A stretch of 64,000 nucleotides of DNA from Felis catus (lineage: Eukaryota). This document shows positions 61,201-64,000 of the stretch, in pieces (position 1 is the first letter of the stretch; each line of letters opens with the position of its first letter). The stretch covers positions 12,650,001-12,714,000 of the forward strand of contig NC_058369.1 of assembly GCF_018350175.1 (NCBI RefSeq), read 5' to 3'. The position numbers were made by a program, and so were the translations under genes. A model generated the notes under the pieces. That model made no database searches and was not told the origin of the DNA. It worked only from the letters and a program-made list of their open reading frames with translations.

Positions 61201-61299
61201 GCCTGGACCATGACATCCCTTGGGGAGTTAAAGATGGTCACACTGATGACTTCCTCCACTCCCGAGCGGAAGACAGAGGGTGCAGCAATCAAATAGCCC
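247..61299 (-). CDS. CPAMD8: CPAMD8, partial multi-exon gene span (exons ~2-27; 3528 coding nt in window)
   Basis: Spliced translation reads [20 protein letters not shown]...FPETWIW...[15 protein letters not shown]...[18 protein letters not shown], an alpha-2-macroglobulin/C3-family protein matching recalled human CPAMD8; exon phases are mutually compatible. Confidence 0.97.
1010..1368 (+). mobile_element. MLT1-type (ERVL-MaLR) LTR relic
   Basis: Resembles MLT1 consensus (aatgggaccttacggggaataagggtctttgcagat...actttggacttctggcccc); boundaries approximate. Confidence 0.75.
1371..2420 (-). mobile_element. Internally deleted Tigger1 DNA transposon, interrupted by a SINE at ~1561-1790
   Basis: TA|CAGGCATCCCTC terminus; catctgagccttctgcgagtcgtaatctttttgctggtggaggg matches recalled Tigger1; jumps to the opposite-end sequence near 2260. 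Confidence 0.8.
3730..4403 (-). mobile_element. Three tandem Can-SINEs
   Basis: Three successive reverse tRNA-derived heads (gactgagccacccaggcgcccc-like) with (GA)n and T-tails. Confidence 0.9.
4633..4809 (-). CDS. CPAMD8: CPAMD8 exon 26 (177 nt), thioester motif GCGEQ at 4739-4753
   Basis: CACCAG|GAGAC...[54 protein letters not shown]. Confidence 0.97.
6357..6582 (-). CDS. CPAMD8: CPAMD8 exon 25 (226 nt)
   Basis: TTCCAG|GTTGGC...[29 protein letters not shown]...[16 protein letters not shown]...SERAAASVI. Confidence 0.95.
7212..7510 (-). CDS. CPAMD8: CPAMD8 exon 24 (299 nt), ends in a GC donor
   Basis: GTCCAG|AGAGAGTC...[31 protein letters not shown]...[15 protein letters not shown]. Confidence 0.9.
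7740..9850 (+). mobile_element. Old L1 (L1M-type) ORF2/3' fragments interrupted by two minus-strand SINEs (~8350-8755)
   Basis: Degenerate L1 motifs (caaatcaaagccacaataagatacca-like, aatagccccaaactggaaa, atgattccatttatataaaag); many stops. Confidence 0.8.
10440..12050 (-). mobile_element. Old L1 fragments, minus strand
   Basis: Translation [24 protein letters not shown] resembles the ORF2 C-terminus; atgatccatttgagttaatt motif. Confidence 0.8.
12883..12934 (-). CDS. CPAMD8: CPAMD8 exon 23 (52 nt)
   Basis: TTTCAG|CCGGAA...[30 protein letters not shown]. Confidence 0.94.
14779..14909 (-). CDS. CPAMD8: CPAMD8 exon 22 (131 nt)
   Basis: CCACAG|CCAAA...[56 protein letters not shown]. Confidence 0.93.
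15155..15308 (-). CDS. CPAMD8: CPAMD8 exon 21 (154 nt)
   Basis: CCCCAG|GTCTAC...[31 protein letters not shown]...[11 protein letters not shown]. Confidence 0.95.
15640..15780. repeat. Alternating purine-pyrimidine (TG/CA, TGCA) low-complexity tract
   Basis: gtgtgtgtgcacatgcgtgcatgcatgt... seen directly; a similar tract at ~36965-37070. Confidence 0.85.
17589..19000 (+). mobile_element. Young 5'-truncated felid LINE-1 (ORF2 C-terminus, 3'UTR, A-tail)
   Basis: Stop-free ORF2 frame 17589-18749 with [18 protein letters not shown] motif; G-rich 3'UTR, AATAAA, A-tail; TSD AACACCAGCATC at 17577-17588 and 19001-19012. Confidence 0.97.
20115..20575 (+). mobile_element. MLT1-type MaLR LTR
   Basis: atgttgaagtcctaaac...tttggaaacagggtctgtgcagagg...cctccagaactgtgagacaacacatttct. 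Confidence 0.85.
21252..21483 (-). CDS. CPAMD8: CPAMD8 exon 20 (232 nt)
   Basis: CCGCAG|CGACCC...[31 protein letters not shown]...[35 protein letters not shown]. Confidence 0.95.
21775..22335 (+). mobile_element. MLT1-type MaLR LTR with internal minisatellite
   Basis: cctaaccccctgtacctgtgaatgtggccttattt...cctccagaactgtgagacaacaaatttctgttgttttaa. Confidence 0.85.
22017..22203. repeat. 43-bp GC-rich minisatellite, ~4.3 copies
   Basis: Unit cagagcccccaggggctggaggaggcccagaaggctcctcccc starting at 22017, 22060, 22103, 22145, 22188. Confidence 0.95.
22535..22765 (-). mobile_element. Young SINEC_Fc-like element with perfect 17-bp TSD
   Basis: TSD TACAGATGTTATATTTC at 22518-22534 and 22766-22782; CpG-intact body; long T-tail. 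Confidence 0.95.
24290..26580 (+). mobile_element. Decayed L1 ORF2 (endonuclease region joined to 3' end; RT region absent), with three SINE insertions
   Basis: ttacattaaatgtaaatggattaaactc (EN start), aatagttggggacttcaa, gatggcttcactggtgaattctac, then jump near 26141 to cactgttggtgggaatgtaaaatggtgcag. Confidence 0.85.
27477..27539 (-). CDS. CPAMD8: CPAMD8 exon 19 (63 nt)
   Basis: TCATAG|AGCAGAG...[31 protein letters not shown] (A2M-family FPETW motif). Confidence 0.94.
27590..27790. repeat. Degenerate ~51-bp tandem repeat (4 copies) with internal palindromes
   Basis: tacctgg(c/a)a(g)ggttaaca(t)tctac recurs at 27595, 27645, ~27697 (degenerate), 27749. Confidence 0.75.
30205..30390 (+). mobile_element. 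MER20 (hAT-Charlie) relic
   Basis: ggacatttttggttgtaacaactggg...tggaggccagagatgttgc...ggacagccccacc. Confidence 0.8.
30417..30559 (-). CDS. CPAMD8: CPAMD8 exon 18 (143 nt)
   Basis: GCCTAG|GAAACG...[58 protein letters not shown]. Confidence 0.94.
32006..32164 (-). CDS. CPAMD8: CPAMD8 exon 17 (159 nt), contains RRRR processing site (32063-32074)
   Basis: CTGTAG|GTTTTC...[65 protein letters not shown]. Confidence 0.95.
32522..32671 (-). CDS. CPAMD8: CPAMD8 exon 16 (150 nt)
   Basis: ATCCAG|GTTTCA...[62 protein letters not shown]. Confidence 0.95.
33233..33405 (-). CDS. CPAMD8: CPAMD8 exon 15 (173 nt)
   Basis: TCTTAG|AGCCC...[70 protein letters not shown]. Confidence 0.95.
33615..34260 (+). 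mobile_element. Two MER20 relics separated by a degenerate (TCTA)n tract (~33855-34050)
   Basis: cagttctcaact...gcacaggacagc...ggtgagaaactctg; second copy cagggacactgccaatgtctggagac. Confidence 0.8.
34711..34894 (-). CDS. CPAMD8: CPAMD8 exon 14 (184 nt)
   Basis: CCACAG|GTCGGA...[46 protein letters not shown]... Confidence 0.95.
35575..36340 (+). mobile_element. Three tandem Can-SINEs; the third (36105-36339) has a perfect 16-bp TSD
   Basis: TSD AAAGTCCTCAAGTCCA at 36089-36104 and 36340-36355. Confidence 0.92.
38838..39935 (+). mobile_element. MER44/Tigger7-type DNA transposon relic, split by a SINE and an LTR
   Basis: tgatcctcct...agaaggtca...cctaatttataagtcaatctttgtcataggcatgt...ggataagggacgggggactac terminus. 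Confidence 0.75.
39150..39620 (+). mobile_element. Solo ERV LTR (471 bp)
   Basis: Terminal inverted repeat TGATGTGG...CCACATCA and 4-bp TSD ACCT (39146-39149, 39621-39624). Confidence 0.88.
39941..40400 (+). mobile_element. Probable old LTR containing a (GT)n microsatellite (40294-40341)
   Basis: TG...CA ends, AATAAA near 40273; family not identified with confidence. Confidence 0.55.
40551..41270 (+). mobile_element. Stack of three Can-SINEs inside an old L1 3' end
   Basis: Heads at 40551, 40870, 41049; flanks (40403-40550, 41280-41510) read as a contiguous L1M 3' sequence. Confidence 0.9.
41847..41975 (-). CDS. CPAMD8: CPAMD8 exon 13 (129 nt)
   Basis: CCTCAG|ACCAAG...[55 protein letters not shown]. 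Confidence 0.95.
42571..43500 (+). mobile_element. MER21-like ERVL LTR interrupted by two SINEs (~42601-43030)
   Basis: tttgtccccggtttctggga...aagtgatgagagtgtctttgttat...ggaagcttc motifs; a related relic at ~35100-35380. Confidence 0.6.
43781..44720. mobile_element. Cluster of four Can-SINEs (two plus, then two minus)
   Basis: Plus heads at 43781 and 44007; minus copies ~44225-44443 and ~44560-44720. Confidence 0.92.
45730..45900 (-). CDS. CPAMD8: CPAMD8 exon 12 (171 nt)
   Basis: TTCCAG|GTGGAG...[34 protein letters not shown]...AQHVWLE. Confidence 0.95.
45917..46640 (+). mobile_element. Old L1 ORF2 fragment abutting the exon 12 acceptor, with a SINE at ~46361-46590
   Basis: gatctacagactcgacccaatcccc...gcagaaatcgacaagctg...aagctacagtaatcaagac...cccctacctcacacca. 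Confidence 0.8.
48724..48951 (-). CDS. CPAMD8: CPAMD8 exon 11 (228 nt)
   Basis: CTCCAG|ATCCAC...[37 protein letters not shown]...[11 protein letters not shown]. Confidence 0.95.
49575..50230 (+). mobile_element. MER34/MER39-like ERV1 LTR relic interrupted by a minus SINE (~49760-49970)
   Basis: cccctaaccaatc...tctgccaaacggaggtgatggcggctgactcccttgctacagcaagct; related reverse-oriented relic at ~46750-46970. Confidence 0.55.
51291..51399 (-). CDS. CPAMD8: CPAMD8 exon 10 (109 nt)
   Basis: TTCCAG|ATATACC...[48 protein letters not shown]. Confidence 0.95.
52691..52775 (-). CDS. CPAMD8: CPAMD8 exon 9 (85 nt)
   Basis: TTCCAG|TGTTG...[39 protein letters not shown]. Confidence 0.95.
54048..54161 (-). 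CDS. CPAMD8: CPAMD8 exon 8 (114 nt)
   Basis: CACAG|GCGTC...[50 protein letters not shown]. Confidence 0.95.
54497..54700 (-). mobile_element. MER20 relic
   Basis: cctcggcactgctgacatttggggctgg...ctggcctccacccacgcgatgccagtagc. Confidence 0.8.
56387..56441 (-). CDS. CPAMD8: CPAMD8 exon 7 (55 nt)
   Basis: CCGCAG|GACCCC...[31 protein letters not shown]. Confidence 0.93.
56853..56870 (-). CDS. CPAMD8: CPAMD8 exon 6, 18-nt microexon
   Basis: GTTGCAG|CTGGAAGCCTACATTCTG|GTGAGT; LEAYIL. Confidence 0.9.
57221..57273 (-). CDS. CPAMD8: CPAMD8 exon 5 (53 nt), after a 77-nt intron
   Basis: TTCCAG|TGCTTATA...[30 protein letters not shown]. Confidence 0.92.
57351..57516 (-). CDS. CPAMD8: CPAMD8 exon 4 (166 nt)
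   Basis: GCAG|GTGCCC...[28 protein letters not shown]...[14 protein letters not shown]. Confidence 0.95.
57551..57765 (-). mobile_element. MER20 relic just upstream of the exon 4 acceptor
   Basis: tttctcaacctcggcgctgctgac...gcatccctggcctccgcccactgaatgccagcag...gttgagaatcact. Confidence 0.85.
58185..59295. mobile_element. Can-SINE cluster: two plus copies (58185-58645) and a plus copy (~59037-59255) nested in a minus copy
   Basis: tRNA-derived heads, (CT)n and A-tails; degenerate duplication aagagtc(c/a)gac around the nested copy. Confidence 0.88.
59489..59511 (-). CDS. CPAMD8: CPAMD8 exon 3, 23-nt microexon
   Basis: TTTTTGTAG|ATAAAGGAACAATCAAACTCAAG|GTAAGC; (D)KGTIKLK, bridges phase 1 to phase 0. 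Confidence 0.92.
60000..60310. mobile_element. LTR16-like ERVL LTR relic
   Basis: Repeated gattggttcag...cacatgacccaa...ccaatcag motif. Confidence 0.55.
61148..61299 (-). CDS. CPAMD8: CPAMD8 exon 2 (152 nt)
   Basis: CTCTCCTACAG|GGGCTAT...[63 protein letters not shown]. Confidence 0.95.
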
Positions 61300-63090
61300 C
61301 TGTAGGAGAGGAGAACCTAAGTGAAACTGACCCACTTCCGGCCTCCTTGCCACTCTGGCTGCGTCAGGGTGCTCCCTGGGTGGTCTTCTACCTGTGCCTG
61401 CCCACACCACGATGACACTGTCATTTTATGTTATCTGTGTCCCCCACCAACCTGTGAGCTCCTGGAGACCAGGGGCTGGCTTATTCATCTCTGAAGCCCC
61501 CGGATTAGGTAAGAATCTGGCCTCTCTGTATCTACCCAGCGCCACGCCCCTCCTTCAGTGTCTGCATTCTGGCCTCGGGCCTTTTTAGTCAGCTCATTCT
61601 GCCCCAGGACCTTTGCTCCTGCCGCACCAACACGGCGAAATACTCCCCCGAGGAACTGACAGGATCCCACTTCATCCTCACAGCCGCCCTGGGAGATGTG
61701 CTCAAACCACCCATTTACAGAGTCAGAAATTAAGCCCTGGACAAAGCCAAGTCATGCGCCCAACCCAGGTTTCGAACCGAGGCAGCCAGACTCCAGCGCC
61801 CAGTGGCAAGAAGCAAGGAGCTTCCTGCAGCATTTAAAGAACAAAACCCTGAAAATCAACTAAATGGCCTGAAACAGGAAATGCTCTGCGAACAGTGGAA
61901 CCAAAACGGCCCTCTCTTTCTGAAAATCCTCAGCTTAACTAACCGTGAAGATACTCCTGGAGAATAAGTAGCATCATCTCACTTTCCAGATGGGTAAGCA
62001 GTCCCTCCGGAAGGAGAAGGAACATGCAGCAGATCGCATTCGGACAGGGGAGAGCCTTGGGACGCCCTTAGGGCACCCGACCTGAGGTACAGATCCTCCT
62101 CACCTGAGTGCCTGCCTCTGTTATTCTAGAACCTTCCATGGATAATCAAGAAGTCTTATTCACCTAACCACGAAAACCGCTCACGATGCAACAGTAAACA
62201 CCAAGAGCCTAGACAGCAAAGGCAGAAACCCAACGGTGCACAACTACAGGCACCAGAAGGAAACAGGCAAAAGGCAAAACACGAGGCCAGGCAATGAGAT
62301 TAGGAGAGATTTTCGTTTCTCAAGATCCTCTCTGGGACAACCCCACGTTCACACGACAAAGACACGAATTTAGACCCTTACCGAACATCACACACTCAGG
62401 TGAACTCAAACCGGGTCAGAGATCTAAAGGTAAAACTCTAAAAACACCGGAAGGAAACATAGGAGGAAGGCTTTGGTGCGCTCGGGTTAGGCAGACGTTT
62501 TGTGACTACGACACTAAAAGCTCAATCCGTAGAAAAAATTGTGGACGAAGCGGACTTCGTTAAAACTTCATGACAAATCGAGCATTTCAAAAGACGCGGT
62601 GGGTTCCTGTTGAGTACCGTCTGGCCACAGCACCGACCCTGGGAGCCCACCGCGCTCCGTCCAGCTTGAACGGTGGCCAGAGTTCACGAATCCTGGGTTC
62701 CTACGTGCACTGTCCAACATCAGGACTGTTCGGGGCCCACAAGGACCTCGGGACATACCATGTACAAACCACGTACCGTGTAACTCCAGCACTGATGGGA
62801 ATCTGCAAAGACCCCAGTTTGGTAGGTACACAGCCCAGATCCAGCGATGACTAGAACCGGTAAAGACCCCGAGCTCCCCTGTGCAGCGTCTCCTCTTAGC
62901 AGTTCACAGAGCGGGTGGTGACCCTGGGACCCATAGTACATAACTATGCTTCCTGGAGTGCGTCGTCACGCTAGGTACGCGCTGTGTATTATCTAATTCC
63001 ACCACGGACCCAGGCATGCTATGACTCTGGCTTCCCATGTGTCCTGTGGTGTAACAGCATGGGAACCCCGTCTCCTTTAGGAATACTCTT

Positions 63091-63256
63091 GGGGCGCCTG
63101 GGGTGGCTCAGCCGGTCAAGCATCCCACTTCGGCTGGGATCATGATCTGGCAGTTCGTGAGTTCAAGCCCGCTGCGTCGGGCTCCTGGCTGATAGTGCGG
63201 AGCCTGCTTGGGATTCTCTCTCTCTCCTTCTCTCTCTGTCCTCCCCCCACTTGCAC

Positions 63257-63305
<49 letters not shown>

Positions 63306-63335
63306 ATAAATAAATAAACTTAAAAAAAATAAAAG
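63091..63335 (+). mobile_element. Can-SINE with expanded (CT)n
   Basis: ggggcgcctggggtggctcag head; flanking duplication aggaatactctt. Confidence 0.92.
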
Positions 63336-64000
63336 GAATACTCTTTCCATCTCCCAGCTCCCAGCTGACCTCTAGGGCCTCCCACATAGCCCATGCAGAG
63401 TATGGACGAGCATCTGGGGAATATACAACCCCCGTGTTCATTTTCCTTGGTCACCTCGTAAAGCCTTTGTCCAGAGCTGAGGTAGATTTTTCACCCGGAG
63501 ACCCCAGAGAGCCCGAAGAAACCACATGAACTCTCCCTGAGGTTCAGGAGTTGCGGCTGTTGGGATGCTTGCTACCCAAGCACTGCTGACCTGATGCATG
63601 CCCTGGGCATGTGGACCGACAACTGGCTTATCATCCTTTGGTCTCAGAAGGTCCCAGCCTGGGAAAGGCAGTGTATGGTAAACAGCAGACAGCACTGGTC
63701 TTACTACAAGGGTGCAAACCCAAGCTGCTTTCTGGGGTCAGGGATCCCTCATGCAAAAATCACATGGATCTCAGAAGCGGGTATCCAGGGCTGTTCCCAA
63801 AACAGGATCCCACAGCTCTGGCCTAGAGGCCGACGAATCTAGAACCCTGGGTCAGTAATTCTGCAAGTTCATTCTCTAGCCCGTGTCTCCAGCACAGGGA
63901 CTACATTTCCCTCGACAGAAGGTAATATCCCAGGATGACTTTAGTCAGAGGCCCACACTCCCGAGAACTGCTTGAAACTCTGCAACTCGGAGACTCTGAA

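Noticed and set aside
247..61299. CPAMD8 as a pseudogene
   Set aside because: All traced exons join in frame without stops and GCGEQ is intact; the only irregularity is the GC donor
61300..64000. CPAMD8 exon 1 or promoter
   Set aside because: No signal-peptide exon or CpG island seen; region holds MIR, L1 and SINE relics and is taken as intron 1

Overview
Eukaryotic (felid) genomic DNA, judged by abundant cat-type Can-SINEs (SINEC_Fc-like) and a carnivore L1. The whole window lies inside one minus-strand gene, CPAMD8 (C3 and PZP-like alpha-2-macroglobulin domain-containing 8). I traced 26 consecutive coding exons (numbered 2-27 by analogy with human) from 61299 down to 247. Their splice phases join into one continuous frame of 3528 nt that includes the RRRR processing site and the GCGEQ thioester motif. 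Exon 1 and the 3' exons are outside the window. Introns are packed with SINEs, L1 fragments, MaLR/ERV LTRs and DNA-transposon relics. I found no convincing novel biological system. The points most worth checking are a non-canonical GC donor, two microexons, a very young 5'-truncated L1 with an intact ORF2 C-terminus, an unexplained ~51-bp repeat/hairpin next to exon 19, an L1 relic abutting a splice acceptor, and nested or re-targeted insertions. Repeat family names come from recalled consensus sequences, and boundaries of old repeats are approximate.
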